A stretch of DNA of 64,000 nt from the NCBI GenBank assembly GCA_965205015.1, contig OZ242029.1, forward strand, positions 2,624,001 through 2,688,000, in the 5' to 3' direction. Each line of letters starts with the position of its first letter. The first letter of the stretch is position 1. This stretch comes from Candidatus Poribacteria bacterium (GTDB lineage Bacteria > Poribacteria > WGA-4E > WGA-3G). A model generated the notes under the pieces. The model did not search any database, was not told the origin of the DNA, and was given only the letters and a program-made list of their open reading frames with translations. Below are positions 1 through 10,597 of this stretch, one piece after another. Position numbers and translations under genes: made by a program.

Positions 1-2347
1 GTTGGCGTTCAATGACCTGTTTGAAATCCTCTAAAATTTGGCTATAACGGTAAAGCGTTTTGCCGATGTGTCTGTAGCGAAGCGTGAGCATCCCGCGGTA
101 GAAGTAGGCATCCGCATAGTCTGAATTCAACGCAAGCGTTTTGGTGTACTCCTTGACAGCCATTTCAGCGTGTTGATGATAGTCCTCTCCAAGTGTTTCG
201 GCGTGTCGGTCGAGCAGACGTGCATAACTATAGTGCCAGTCAAACTTATTAGGGTTGTATTGGTTTGCCAATCCGTAGTACCGAATGGCATTCTCGCGTT
301 GGTCGCGTTTCTCGAAGATGACAGCAAGAAGATGATGGAGTTCCGGGTGGTTGGGTTCAATTTCCAATGCGGGTTGATAGACCCGAACAATATTATCTTC
401 ATCATTACGCTCGCGATAGATTGCACCGAGTTGGAAAAAGGGTGTTCCTTCTGTTACTTCAAAAAAAGGGCTTTCAATTGACGCGGTATCCAGACCTATG
501 GTTTTCTCGTAATGGACGATAGCGTTGTCTATCTCACCCTTTCGTTCAAACAGGATGGCTGCGTGGTAATGCGCTGAGACATCTTCCGGGTTTAACCGAA
601 CCGTTGCGAGAAACGCGAGCAGGGCAGGATCGGGTTGCTCCAATGTGAGATACGACAGTGCCATTAGAGAGTGTGCCTCGGTCGTGTCGGGGACAATGTC
701 AATAATCTGTTGTAAAGTATCAATTGCCTGCTGATGTGCTTCTCGGTTCCGATAAATGTCAGCCATCTTGAAGAGTACATCTGTTCGCTGTGAATCTAAC
801 GCTAAAGTGCGTTGATAAAGGGTGAGTGCGTTGTCTATATCGCCATTAGCCTCATAACTCTGTCCCAGTAGATAGGCGGCACTAATGTCTTCCGGGAACA
901 GTAGGAGGTGCGTGTTCAAGGATTCAATAGCCTCTTGATAATTCTCCGCGTCGAAAGCGCGTTGTCCGTGTGTGATAAATTTATTCGCTAATTCTGGATT
1001 TAACGCCAATGCGCGTTTAAAGTAACCAACAGAGGCCTCTACATCCCCCTGTTGGTGATAAAGTTCACCGAGTTTCAAGTAGACATCATTGAAATCGCCT
1101 AAAAGGAGTTCCGTTTGCATAAAACTTGAGTCGGAAACCTCTATGATTTCAATAGTTTTTTCGTAGGATTCGATGGCTTTCGGGATGTTGCCAGCATCGG
1201 CTTCGACCATACCTGCATAAAAATGGGAGCGTGGATCCTCAGGAAGGACTGACATCGCTTTCTCAAGGGATAGCCTCGCCTCGTCCGGGGTCGTCAACCC
1301 TGCGAAGTAAGGTTCAAGCGGTTCATAGAAAGCGTCCTTAATGTTCGGTGTGAGAGATACTGCTTGTTGGTAATGATGTACGGCTGTCGTGGTATCGCCG
1401 CTGGTATAGAGGCGTTCTCCAAGCGCGAAATGTGCTTTCGCATGGGTTGGATCAACTTCGATTGCGCGTTGATATACGCTAATTGCACCGTCCGTATTGC
1501 CTTTTTCATCGAAGATAACCGCCAGTTCGTAAAGAACTTGTGCTGAGTACTCCTGATATTTCGATCCTTTCGCGTATTCTTCCAACGCTTCATCAAAGAA
1601 TCCCTCAGTCGCAAAGACTTGTCCGAGTTTGAAGTAGGCGGGCGCGAACCTCTTTTTTTGATGCGTAAGGTTCTCAAAAGTCTCGCGGGCGCGATCTATT
1701 TCACCTTGTGCGAAATAAACTAAACCGATACCGTACTGTGGATATTCCCATTTTCTATTTACCTTTCGTGCTGCGTCAAAGGCTTGGAGTGCGTCTATGT
1801 AATTCTGATGCTTTAAATGAATCTCGCCCATACGATAGTGAACAGGGTAGTATTTGGGGTTTAAACGGATGCACGCCTCAAATTCGGCGAGTGCCAATTC
1901 GTCTTTACCTTGTTCCTGATAGATACCGCCGAGATTGAAGCGCGCCCAAAATAGATCTGGATCCATCTCAACGGCGTATTGTAAGTAGTTAATGGCGGTA
2001 TCCGACACTTCGCCGGTTGTCGGTGCTTGGAGGGCATGTATGTAACCCAAGCCGTAATAGAATGCTGCCTTGATTGTGGGTGTGGTGGGTTGCTGTGCTT
2101 GACGGTTGTTCTTCCTTGCGGTGTAAAGTGTAAGGAGTTCAGAGAGTCGTCCCTGTTTCTGCCATTTGAGGATGAGTTCACGATGTTTCTCGGCGGGTTT
2201 CTTCTTTTCTTGCAATACCTTTGCGAAGTCTTTCCTCATGTTCGATTCCCACTTTTCTGCTGCGGGAGAAACCTGTAAGAAAGACGTATTGAATCCTAAG
2301 CATACGATTAGCAACATAAATGTGGGATTTAACAGTGTTTTTTTCAT
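1..2347 (-). CDS. Large secreted tetratricopeptide-repeat (TPR) protein, 3' end outside the window
   Basis: Not in the ORF track because no stop codon lies in the window. Manual translation from the ATG at 2347 gives MKKTLLNPTFMLLIVCLGFNTSFLQVSPAA (signal peptide), then repeated TPR-like units (AFYYGLGYIH, WARFNLGGIYQEQG, VHYRMGEIHL, AYFKLGQVF). Confidence 0.85.
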   Translation of the reverse strand, partial: MKKTLLNPTFMLLIVCLGFNTSFLQVSPAAEKWESNMRKDFAKVLQEKKKPAEKHRELILKWQKQGRLSELLTLYTARKNNRQAQQPTTPTIKAAFYYGLGYIHALQAPTTGEVSDTAINYLQYAVEMDPDLFWARFNLGGIYQEQGKDELALAEFEACIRLNPKYYPVHYRMGEIHLKHQNYIDALQAFDAARKVNRKWEYPQYGIGLVYFAQGEIDRARETFENLTHQKKRFAPAYFKLGQVFATEGFFDEALEEYAKGSKYQEYSAQVLYELAVIFDEKGNTDGAISVYQRAIEVDPTHAKAHFALGERLYTSGDTTTAVHHYQQAVSLTPNIKDAFYEPLEPYFAGLTTPDEARLSLEKAMSVLPEDPRSHFYAGMVEADAGNIPKAIESYEKTIEIIEVSDSSFMQTELLLGDFNDVYLKLGELYHQQGDVEASVGYFKRALALNPELANKFITHGQRAFDAENYQEAIESLNTHLLLFPEDISAAYLLGQSYEANGDIDNALTLYQRTLALDSQRTDVLFKMADIYRNREAHQQAIDTLQQIIDIVPDTTEAHSLMALSYLTLEQPDPALLAFLATVRLNPEDVSAHYHAAILFERKGEIDNAIVHYEKTIGLDTASIESPFFEVTEGTPFFQLGAIYRERNDEDNIVRVYQPALEIEPNHPELHHLLAVIFEKRDQRENAIRYYGLANQYNPNKFDWHYSYARLLDRHAETLGEDYHQHAEMAVKEYTKTLALNSDYADAYFYRGMLTLRYRHIGKTLYRYSQILEDFKQVIERQ

Positions 2348-2358
2348 TGTGTATTTCC

Positions 2359-3297
2359 TCAGTTTCCAATTCTGTCAATTTTTGCGCGTGTCGGCATAGA
2401 AGGGGTCGCACCAACGACAGTGACCGCTGCTGCACCTGCTGCATTTGCGAACGCAACGGCTGTCGATAAAGTTTCACCACTTGCCAGCGCGGTCGCGAGT
2501 GCCCCACAAAACGCATCCCCTGCCCCCGTCGTGTCCACAGCATCAACAGTCAACGCCGAGACCCGTTCAGATTCGGTTGCTGTCAGCATCAATGCGCCTT
2601 GCGCGCCGAGTGTTAAGACAACAGCAGTGCTTACAGCATCCACCATGCGAGCGCGTAGCACCTCTGCTGCGCTGCGCGCGTCTTCGTGATTGTCAATTTT
2701 CACTCCCGACAACACCTCAGTCTCGGATTGGTTCGGGGTCAGAATATCAACAGACGCTAACAGGCTATCCGGCAACGGTTGCGCCGGTGCGGGATTTAAT
2801 ATCACAGTCGTCCCGTGTGCCTTAGCAATTGCTGCGGCGTGTTCTGATGCTGCAATCGGTGTTTCTAATTGTAGCAGTAAGACATCGGCGTTTGCGATGT
2901 CCTCGGCAGCAGTGTCTATATCTGTTGTTGTAAGTGCCATGTTTGCGCGCGGGACGACGATGATGCTATTGTCGCCATCTGGCTCAACGACAATCGTTGC
3001 CACGCCCGTGCCTACATCCGTACGTTTTGTGACAAACCTGCTATTAATGTGTTCGTTTTCCGTTGCTGTGAGAAGCATATCGCCGAAAAGATCGGCACCG
3101 ACACTTCCGATCAGTGTAACCTCGGCACCTAATCGCGCCGCGGCGGTTGCCTGATTAAATCCCTTTCCACCTGTAAAAATATCGAAAGCGTCGCCGATGA
3201 GGGTTTCGCCTTTACTGGGTCGCTGCGGTGCGCGGCATACCAGATCAACATTCAGACTGCCAACAACGGTAACTTTCGGTGTGGTTTGGTTCATCAC
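2359..3297 (-). CDS. rbsK: Ribokinase (PfkB family)
   Basis: Motifs VVGSLNVD, GGKGFNQA, LLLQLETP, PNQSE and DTTGAGDAF. Confidence 0.92.
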   Translation of the reverse strand: MMNQTTPKVTVVGSLNVDLVCRAPQRPSKGETLIGDAFDIFTGGKGFNQATAAARLGAEVTLIGSVGADLFGDMLLTATENEHINSRFVTKRTDVGTGVATIVVEPDGDNSIIVVPRANMALTTTDIDTAAEDIANADVLLLQLETPIAASEHAAAIAKAHGTTVILNPAPAQPLPDSLLASVDILTPNQSETEVLSGVKIDNHEDARSAAEVLRARMVDAVSTAVVLTLGAQGALMLTATESERVSALTVDAVDTTGAGDAFCGALATALASGETLSTAVAFANAAGAAAVTVVGATPSMPTRAKIDRIGN

Positions 3298-3378
3298 GAT
3301 TTGTTCCTATCTATCTAACGATTTTTGACAATTATAGTTGACATATTTTGCCATTGTCAAGGTTTTATCAGGTTCATT

Positions 3379-3533
3379 TCAGAGGTATTCAGTTGTCAGA
3401 ATCAGGATTTTCAGGGTTCAAGGATTTGCAGGATTGAAAATCGTTGCGGTTCAGAACGCTTTTATGTAGGAGCGAGCTATGCTCGCGATTTATTCCAAAA
3501 ACTTACAGAAAACTGAGAACTGAATGTCTCTGA
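3379..3533. repeat. MITE-like intergenic element with 21-bp imperfect terminal inverted repeats and an internal GTAG-type REP
   Basis: tcagaggtattcagttgtcag (3379-3399) matches the reverse complement of ctgagaactgaatgtctctga (3513-3533) at 18/21. Internal palindrome gtaggagcgagctatgctcgcga at 3466-3488. Confidence 0.6.
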
Positions 3534-3667
3534 TGCTATTTTTTACGTGAGATTCACACAAGCCAAGATATCTCTTCGTTTTTCAGGTAGGGTGTGAGGA
3601 GGTTTCGGAGTTGATGGTATGCTTTATGGAGAAGTGTTTTCACCGTGATATAAAAGATGTCTCTTTT

Positions 3668-4327
3668 TCAGCGAGCCGATCTCCTCTTTTCCTCTAGTTT
3701 TTTCGGATCATAAATGACCTCAAAAGTGCCAGAATCCGCTTGCGATGAGAGTCTTTTTATGAGTTCGTAGGTTTTCCTATTCGCCGGAGTGGGGTTGAAG
3801 ACCATTATTGCATCCCACAAGGTGCTGACTTCATCCATTGTCATTGGCTCTCTATTAAGCTCCTTTCTTCTCAGTTCAATGTACGTATGCACGAGCGGGA
3901 TATCGCCATGCTCTTCAATTAACTTTTTCTTGAGAGTTTCAAGGGGTTTGCGAGGAGGTGCCTTCACATCCTCCTTCGTGCTAGGCTTCGCCGAGGCAAG
4001 TGGGATTCGATTCGGTTCCGCAATTTCAGCGTCATCTGCATCAGCGTGTATGTGCTCGTGGTGATGAGGGTCATCTACATGCGGATGATGTGTATGTGCT
4101 TCTTCTACTTCAACGACTTCTTGGGGCTCCTGAGGATCAACTATAGGCATGTCGTTTATTGACGAGCTATCCGCTGTCTTCTCTGCGTGTTCGTTTCCGT
4201 TGTCTATCGTAGAAGCGGAGGGTTGAGGAAGGTTTTTGATAAATTTTTTTGTGTCGTGTTCCAGATAGAAAAATAAGGCGGTTGAGATGGCACAAACAAT
4301 GAGAGCAGCGGTAATAAAGAGTCGCAT
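3668..4327 (-). CDS. Hypothetical membrane-anchored protein with a His-rich segment
   Basis: N-terminal hydrophobic helix, HTHHPHVDDPHHHEHIH tract, helical C-terminus. Confidence 0.7.
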   Translation of the reverse strand: MRLFITAALIVCAISTALFFYLEHDTKKFIKNLPQPSASTIDNGNEHAEKTADSSSINDMPIVDPQEPQEVVEVEEAHTHHPHVDDPHHHEHIHADADDAEIAEPNRIPLASAKPSTKEDVKAPPRKPLETLKKKLIEEHGDIPLVHTYIELRRKELNREPMTMDEVSTLWDAIMVFNPTPANRKTYELIKRLSSQADSGTFEVIYDPKKLEEKRRSAR

Positions 4328-4663
4328 GAAAAGTCCTTTTTATGAAGTGGGAAGTCATAAGCCTCTGTGGTTAGAAATATACCTGACAAGGTGAGAACTG
4401 CTATAGTTACAATCATCTGGCCTAAGGGTATTTTCATTAGTTTTTCTCCTTTGATTATATGAAAATCGTCCAAAAAAATCAATATTTTCATCTAAAAGTT
4501 GGCAAAATTACTTGAAATTGTGAAAGGCAGTGCAGCTCTTTGAAGGAAGGCACATTGCGTTTTTTATAATAAATCCAATAAGTTTTGGCTTGCAAGCTAC
4601 ATCTCAAAGTGCTATGATGCACATCAGCGAGAGGACAGTAAATCCTACGAACCGAAAGAAGGG

Positions 4664-6349
4664 GTGCCGAATACTTTCATGAATTCTAAATTGAAATATG
4701 TTATCGGTTTTTTAGTCTTTCTGGGACTCTGCTCTATTTTCAAGTGGCGTGCGGATCAAGTGGGTGGCGCGGAGAATCTGGTATGGTACAGCATAATTCC
4801 GCCGTTACTTGCCGTCACATTAGCGATTCTGACAACCCGATTGCTTCCGAGTCTTGGCATCGCCGTGGGTGTCGGAATTGTGCTCTCGTGGTCTCAACAA
4901 GGTGCTGTCCCTATCGGTTTTTTGACAGAAATTGTTTGGTTCGTCCGTGCCGTGAGCATCGGAAATGAAGGTGTAGATCTCTTCAACTTCTGGGTCGTTC
5001 TGTTTGTATGCCTCATCATGGCGACGATCTCCGTTGTGGTGGCGTCTGGGGGTATCGGTGGCGTTGTTGTATGGCTCTCTCAATTCGCAAAGGGACCCCG
5101 TTCATCCCAATTCATCACGGGTTTGATGGGTATCATCATCTTCATCGGGGATTATTCCAACGCCATGCTCGTGGGTCCTACAATGCGTCCACTCACGGAT
5201 CATCATCGCGTGAGTCGTGAGAAATTGGCGTTCCTTGTGGATTCTACGAGTGCGCCGATTGCGGGTCTCGCATTCGTCAGCACCTGGATCGGCTATGAAG
5301 TGGGACTCTTTGAAGATATCGCGAAGACGATCGGGCTTGAACGTGATGGATATTCGATGTTTTTTGACGCGCTCGGCTTCCGGTTCTACTGTATTCTGAC
5401 GATTATTTTCGTGATCGTCAATGCTATCAGTGGCAGAGATTACGGCGCGATGCGCAAAGCTGAGAGGCGTGCCCGGGAGACAGGAAACGTCGCCGCCCCA
5501 GACGCTAAAGCACTTGAACATACTTCTGCTTTTGCCAGCCTACCCAACGCTATCACACAGCCATTTTCAGCGGTTTTACCGCTCTTAACGCTTTTCGGAT
5601 TGCTATTGGCGGGTTTCTGGATAGATGGTGAGGGGACAGGATTTATTTTTTCCCTCACTGCATGGCGAGACGCGCTTTCAAAAGCGGACAACGTCAAGAT
5701 TCTCGCCTGTGCGGCAGCGAGTGCCTTTGTTGTCGCAATCATCTGTGCACGCTGGCTCTCAAAACTACAATTCTCGGATATTGCGCCGGTTGTTTGGAGC
5801 GGTGTGAAGGGGAGCCTCACGCCGTTGAGTATTCTGTTATTGGCGTGGGGGTTAAAAGCGAGTTGCGATAGACTGATGACAGGTCAATTCCTCGCGATGA
5901 TGCTCAGCGATATTGTGTCGCCACTCTGGTTTCCGGTTTTCGTTTTTATATGTGCATCGGTTACCTCTTTTGCGACTGGGACAAGTTGGGGCACGATGGC
6001 GATTCTGATTCCTACTGCGATTCCGGTGGCGTTCTCGCTTGATAATGGGAGTTACGGACTCACAACAATCATTTGCCTTGGTGCAGTGTTAGATGGTGCT
6101 ATCTTCGGCGACCACTGCTCGCCACTTTCAGATACAACGATCCTTAGTTCCATTGCGAGTAGTTGCGATCCGCTTCACCACGTGAGGACCCAATTGCCAT
6201 ACAGTCTCACTGTGGCAGTCATCGCCCTATTTTGTGGCTATCTTCCTGCTGCGCTCGGTATCTCCTCAGCGCTCGGAATTCTCGGTGGCACGGGTCTGAT
6301 TATCTTGCTATTTTTTGGCGTAGCTCGCAAGCCAAAACTTGCTATATAA
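4664..6349 (+). CDS. Na+/H+ antiporter NhaC-family membrane protein
   Basis: Multi-TM protein with SREKLAFLVDSTSAP, SFATGTSWGTMAILIP and GAIFGDHCSPLSDTTILSS motifs. Confidence 0.88.
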   Translation: MPNTFMNSKLKYVIGFLVFLGLCSIFKWRADQVGGAENLVWYSIIPPLLAVTLAILTTRLLPSLGIAVGVGIVLSWSQQGAVPIGFLTEIVWFVRAVSIGNEGVDLFNFWVVLFVCLIMATISVVVASGGIGGVVVWLSQFAKGPRSSQFITGLMGIIIFIGDYSNAMLVGPTMRPLTDHHRVSREKLAFLVDSTSAPIAGLAFVSTWIGYEVGLFEDIAKTIGLERDGYSMFFDALGFRFYCILTIIFVIVNAISGRDYGAMRKAERRARETGNVAAPDAKALEHTSAFASLPNAITQPFSAVLPLLTLFGLLLAGFWIDGEGTGFIFSLTAWRDALSKADNVKILACAAASAFVVAIICARWLSKLQFSDIAPVVWSGVKGSLTPLSILLLAWGLKASCDRLMTGQFLAMMLSDIVSPLWFPVFVFICASVTSFATGTSWGTMAILIPTAIPVAFSLDNGSYGLTTIICLGAVLDGAIFGDHCSPLSDTTILSSIASSCDPLHHVRTQLPYSLTVAVIALFCGYLPAALGISSALGILGGTGLIILLFFGVARKPKLAI

Positions 6350-6406
6350 ACGTATGGCGTCGTAGGCTTCCGAAAACTTCAGGAAGGGAAGGGCGAGTTA
6401 TAGCGG

Positions 6407-6430
6407 TCGCGAGTTGGAACTCACTCTTAC
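6407..6430 (-). repeat. GTAG-type REP-like palindrome
   Basis: Reverse complement gtaagagtgagttccaactcgcga resembles the copies at 3466, 18191 and 34439. Confidence 0.5.
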
Positions 6431-6466
6431 AGAAACAGAAAATCGAGGGAGAAAAGGAGGAATCAG

Positions 6467-7285
6467 ATGCGGGTTGAACTTGAAGGAAAGGTAGCAATTG
6501 TTACGGGGGGCGCGAATGGTATCGGTCGCGCTACCGTGGACGCGCTGGTTGACAACGGTGCACAAGTGGCAATCGTTGACATCGACACGCAGGCAGGCAT
6601 GAAGACCGTTGAAGAGGTTAAAGAGGGGGGTGGGACCTGTCTGTTTGTAGAAGGCAACGTCTCAGACGCGGCACAGATGGAGGCTGTTGCTGCTCAAATC
6701 GCATCGCATTTCGGTAAAATTGAGGTTTTGATAAACAATGCCGGAATTAACACACGAAGTGATAGGGTGCCGATTCATCGGTACACCTTAGAGGACTGGC
6801 AACGGATCTTGGAAATAGACCTCACGGGTGTTTTTACGACGAGTCGTGCTGTCATTCCACATCTCTTGGATGCTCACAGAGTGTCTGGTTCCGAAAACGC
6901 AACGGGACGTATTGTCAACATCAGTTCTATTGCTGGCTTGGTGCCACTGCGCTTGCAGAGTGCTTACGTTGCGGCGAAAGCGGGTGTTGCGAATCTAACG
7001 CGTTCTATGGCGTTGGAACTTGGACCGGAAGGGATTCTCGTGAATGCTGTCGCTCCAGGTTCGACGCTGACGCGCGGCACGAAGGCACTCTTTTATGGAG
7101 ATGACGGCGCGTATACAGAAAACGCCGCGAGTCTGCTATCGCATATTCCACTTGGAAGACCGGGAGAGACGGCTGAAATCGCAGCAGCGGTGCTCTTCCT
7201 CGTCTCGCCAGATGCGAGTTATATCAATGGGACGGTGCTCCCGGTGGACGGTGGTTGGATCGCGGGTTATACGCGAGATTGGTGA
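6467..7285 (+). CDS. Short-chain dehydrogenase/reductase (SDR)
   Basis: TGGANGIG, NNAG, YVAAK and VNAVAPG motifs. Confidence 0.92.
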   Translation: MRVELEGKVAIVTGGANGIGRATVDALVDNGAQVAIVDIDTQAGMKTVEEVKEGGGTCLFVEGNVSDAAQMEAVAAQIASHFGKIEVLINNAGINTRSDRVPIHRYTLEDWQRILEIDLTGVFTTSRAVIPHLLDAHRVSGSENATGRIVNISSIAGLVPLRLQSAYVAAKAGVANLTRSMALELGPEGILVNAVAPGSTLTRGTKALFYGDDGAYTENAASLLSHIPLGRPGETAEIAAAVLFLVSPDASYINGTVLPVDGGWIAGYTRDW

Positions 7286-7313
7286 ATTGGGGGTGCAAGT
7301 AGGCACCGCTTTA

Positions 7314-7414
7314 GTTGGGTTTCGCTGGTATCTGGGAGTGCTTAGGTCTTGTGACAGAGAAGTTCTCTGTGTCGCAAGGCATCATTTTTTGGTGTTCCGC
7401 TCAACCCAACCTAC
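7314..7414. repeat. REP-derived palindromic element (gtaggttgggttgagcg...cgaaacccaac type)
   Basis: gttgggtttcg at 7314-7324 pairs with cgctcaacccaacctac at 7398-7414; GTAG foot on the minus strand. Confidence 0.55.
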
Positions 7415-7457
7415 TATAAATTATCTAAATTTTAGGACTTACGACAAAGGAGAAAAA

Positions 7458-7874
7458 ATGGCAAAAATTACGATGTTCAAAGGGTATCAAGGGGAACCCC
7501 CTATTCCGAAACCTGCACATCAGGTGCAAGCGAATGTTGTCACGGTTCAAGACGGTGTGCCTGTAAAGTATTCAGGCTGTGATGGGATCGGTGTACGTGT
7601 CGTGCATCCTGCCAATCCGAATGCGCCTGCGCAAAACTTGGGATTAGTCGTGTTTTTTGTGCCACCACACGTTGTCCTTGAGCCGGGAAGCCACCATACC
7701 GAGGAATGCTACGTGATTCTCAAAGGAAAAGGGGTGATGACGCTCGCCGGTGAGAAAGTGGCTGTTGAAGCGGGGACATTCATTCATCTCCCACCGTGGT
7801 GTGAGCACGGCATCGAAAATACAGGCGATGAGTCTATGGAAGTGTTGATATGTACATCCCCGCCGAACCCGTAA
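7458..7874 (+). CDS. Cupin-domain protein
   Basis: ATG at 7458 after an aaggag RBS; HHTEECY...PPWCEHGIEN cupin motifs. The upstream extension in the ORF track is not supported. Confidence 0.88.
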   Translation: MAKITMFKGYQGEPPIPKPAHQVQANVVTVQDGVPVKYSGCDGIGVRVVHPANPNAPAQNLGLVVFFVPPHVVLEPGSHHTEECYVILKGKGVMTLAGEKVAVEAGTFIHLPPWCEHGIENTGDESMEVLICTSPPNP

Positions 7875-8058
7875 ATTGACCGATAAATTGAGAGAATAGG
7901 CGATAAAATTCGCTAATTTTGCGTATATCCACGCTTTTCGGCGGTTTTTGCATTTTATTTTAACCCTTTTCCTATATTTTACGTTAAATAAAGTATCTTA
8001 ATTGTTTAATATAGGCTGATAAATCACGCCTTTAATTATTTTGTGGGGGTTTTAATTT

Positions 8059-10515
8059 ATGCGCGGGATAATGCCGAAGTCATCCAATGTACGGCGGGAT
8101 TTCCTACGGAAAAGACCTTTTAATGGGCACTCTGCAGCCGAGCAACCGGCTGACGAAGAGCTAACAACGATGGAAGAAATGCCCGAAGAGTTAGAAGAAC
8201 GGGCGCAGACGCTACTCGCAAACGGGGAAGAGATCAAAGTCGCCGTTTCAACGGATTTGCGGTTTGATGGCAATTATGGCAAAGATTGGGTAATTGCCAC
8301 CGATAGACGACTCATCGCTTTCAATCAGAACGGTGCCCCGGAGCATCAGCTTCGTGAGATTTCACTCACCTCCATTGAGGCTGTTGAGATCGTCGAGATG
8401 TACGGTAACAATATCCTCAAGATCAGAACATCCGAGGATGCCGCGGAAGTTGCACGCTACTCACGCCGGGTCTCACCAAAGTTTGAGTTGGCAACGCCTG
8501 AATTAGAGACATTGGTTCAGGAAGCGAACCCGGATGTAGAACATGAGAAGCAACACCGTCCGCAAGGTTGGGGAAAAAATAAAAACAAATGCGAAACATG
8601 CGGACAACCGTTGCCCCGCTGGTCGGGTGTTTGTGTTAATTGCGTTGAAAAGCGAAAACTCATCTTCCGGCTCATTCGATATTCGTTCCCGTTTTGGCAT
8701 GTTGCGGTGCCTGCCTTGGCATTGATGATGCTCATCCGGCTCGTATCACTCTACCCAACCATTTTGAGTAAGGAAATGGTTGATAATATCTTGCTTCCGG
8801 CAGGGACAGCCCTCACCGGGGCCACGGTAACCGAAACGGGTGAACCGATTCCACCCCCGACGTGGGGACATCTCACTGGAATAGTGCAAGGCATCGCGGG
8901 TTGGTTGACGCTCCCGGTCGCTGGAAGTTGGGGACACCTTGTCACTATTGTCCTCTTAATGGTAAGCTTCAACGTCTTCACCATGGGTGCTTCCGCTGTG
9001 CGAGGCTACATGATGGCGTGGGTTGGGCAAAATATCACGCGTCGGCTCCGGAACGAAACATACGAACATCTCAACTCGCTCTCGTTAGACTTTTACAATC
9101 AACGCGATACTGGAAACTTGATGTCGAGGATCACAAGTGATGTGGCAAGGCTTCGGGAGTTCATCGCAAACGGATTGCAAGACATCATCGGTGATTCGTT
9201 GACGCTTATTTATATCTGCGTCATTATGTTCGCCACAAATTGGAAATTGGCGGCTTGGACACTGCTTCCGATCCCATGCCTTATTTTCTTTACCATCTTC
9301 TTCGGAAAAAAGATGGGCAAAGTGTTTTCCGTACTCTGGAAACGGTATGCGGATATTAGCACGATACTGGCAAGCACTATCCCAGGAGTGCGCGTTGTCA
9401 AAGCCTTCGCACGTGAACGTTATGAGGTAAACCGGTTTAGTGAAAAGACCTATCAGGTGTTCGATGGTGAGATGAATGCAGCGAAATTATGGACGCTGTA
9501 TCGTCCGATCATGGAATTCATCATTTTCTCCGGTTCCATTCTGATATGGTTGGTTGGGGGTTCGCAGATTTTCGCAGGTGAATTAACGCTCGGCTCACTC
9601 ATGATGTTCCATGGACTGATGGGCCGGTTCTTCAGACCCGTTTATACGCTTTGCCAAATGAATGAACGTTTCATCCGAGCCGCAACTTCTGCTGATCGCG
9701 TGTTTGAAATTATAGATACCCCCCCAAGTGTCGCGGATAGAGAAGACGCGGTTACGCTTGAAAACATCAAAGGCGAGGTCGAATTCAAGGATGTCTATTT
9801 CTCCTATGATGCGGAAAAGAATGCGATCAACGGTGTCAGTTTCCGGGCGGAAGCAGGTGAGATGATCGGGCTTGTCGGACATAGCGGTGCTGGAAAAAGT
9901 ACTGTGATTAACCTGATTACCCGTTTCTACGATCCGAGTGAAGGTTCAATAGAGATTGATGGACACAATACCCGCGATATTAAACTGAAAGCATTACGGC
10001 AGCAGGTAGGCGTGGTGCTTCAAGATCCATTCCTGTTCCAGGGTACGATCGCTGAAAATATTGGGTATTCAAAACCGGGTGCGTCTCGACATGAAATTAT
10101 CGCCGCTGCGAAAGCCGCGAACGCGCATGAGTTCATCATCAAATTCCCGGATGGATACGATACAATGGTCGGTGAACGGGGTGCCCGCGTGTCCGGCGGT
10201 GAACGACAGCGAATTTCTATTGCTCGCGCGATCCTGAAAAATCCGAGAATTCTCATCTTAGATGAAGCGACATCGTCTGTGGATACAGAGACTGAGTCGA
10301 ATATTCAAGAGGCGTTAGAACGGCTTGTCCGGGGTCGTACCGTATTTGCTATCGCACATCGACTCTCCACGCTCAAGTATGCTGACCGACTGGTTGTGTT
10401 GAAAGACGGGACAGTTGATGAAATTGGCACGCATGAAGAGCTTCTTGCCAAAGACGGGACTTATGCGGGTTTGTGTGAAAAGCAGACAGAGTTGTCGAAG
10501 ATTCGTGCCTTATAG
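8059..10515 (+). CDS. ABC exporter (fused TMD-NBD) with an N-terminal PH-like domain and Cys4 knuckle
   Basis: GHSGAGKST Walker A, VSGGERQR signature, ILDEATSS Walker B, IAHRLST; about 190-aa N-terminal extension ending CETC...CVNC. Confidence 0.92.
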   Translation: MRGIMPKSSNVRRDFLRKRPFNGHSAAEQPADEELTTMEEMPEELEERAQTLLANGEEIKVAVSTDLRFDGNYGKDWVIATDRRLIAFNQNGAPEHQLREISLTSIEAVEIVEMYGNNILKIRTSEDAAEVARYSRRVSPKFELATPELETLVQEANPDVEHEKQHRPQGWGKNKNKCETCGQPLPRWSGVCVNCVEKRKLIFRLIRYSFPFWHVAVPALALMMLIRLVSLYPTILSKEMVDNILLPAGTALTGATVTETGEPIPPPTWGHLTGIVQGIAGWLTLPVAGSWGHLVTIVLLMVSFNVFTMGASAVRGYMMAWVGQNITRRLRNETYEHLNSLSLDFYNQRDTGNLMSRITSDVARLREFIANGLQDIIGDSLTLIYICVIMFATNWKLAAWTLLPIPCLIFFTIFFGKKMGKVFSVLWKRYADISTILASTIPGVRVVKAFARERYEVNRFSEKTYQVFDGEMNAAKLWTLYRPIMEFIIFSGSILIWLVGGSQIFAGELTLGSLMMFHGLMGRFFRPVYTLCQMNERFIRAATSADRVFEIIDTPPSVADREDAVTLENIKGEVEFKDVYFSYDAEKNAINGVSFRAEAGEMIGLVGHSGAGKSTVINLITRFYDPSEGSIEIDGHNTRDIKLKALRQQVGVVLQDPFLFQGTIAENIGYSKPGASRHEIIAAAKAANAHEFIIKFPDGYDTMVGERGARVSGGERQRISIARAILKNPRILILDEATSSVDTETESNIQEALERLVRGRTVFAIAHRLSTLKYADRLVVLKDGTVDEIGTHEELLAKDGTYAGLCEKQTELSKIRAL

Positions 10516-10527
10516 GTAACCCTACCG

Positions 10528-10560
10528 TTCTGGTGCGCGCCTTGAGAGCACGCACCAGAA
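10528..10560. terminator. Strong intergenic hairpin (terminator or mRNA stabiliser)
   Basis: Stem ttctggtgcg...cgcaccagaa. Confidence 0.5.
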
Positions 10561-10597
10561 ATCCCTTCCTTGAGACAGAAGAAGGAGAAGTTACATA

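Noticed and set aside
127-2546. Short ORFs listed in the track at 127-2546
   Set aside because: Alternative frames of one long minus-strand TPR gene starting at 2347 that the track missed, and of the rbsK 3' end.
7095-7457. N-terminal extension of the cupin ORF
   Set aside because: Runs through the SDR 3' end and a REP element; RBS and ATG are at 7458.
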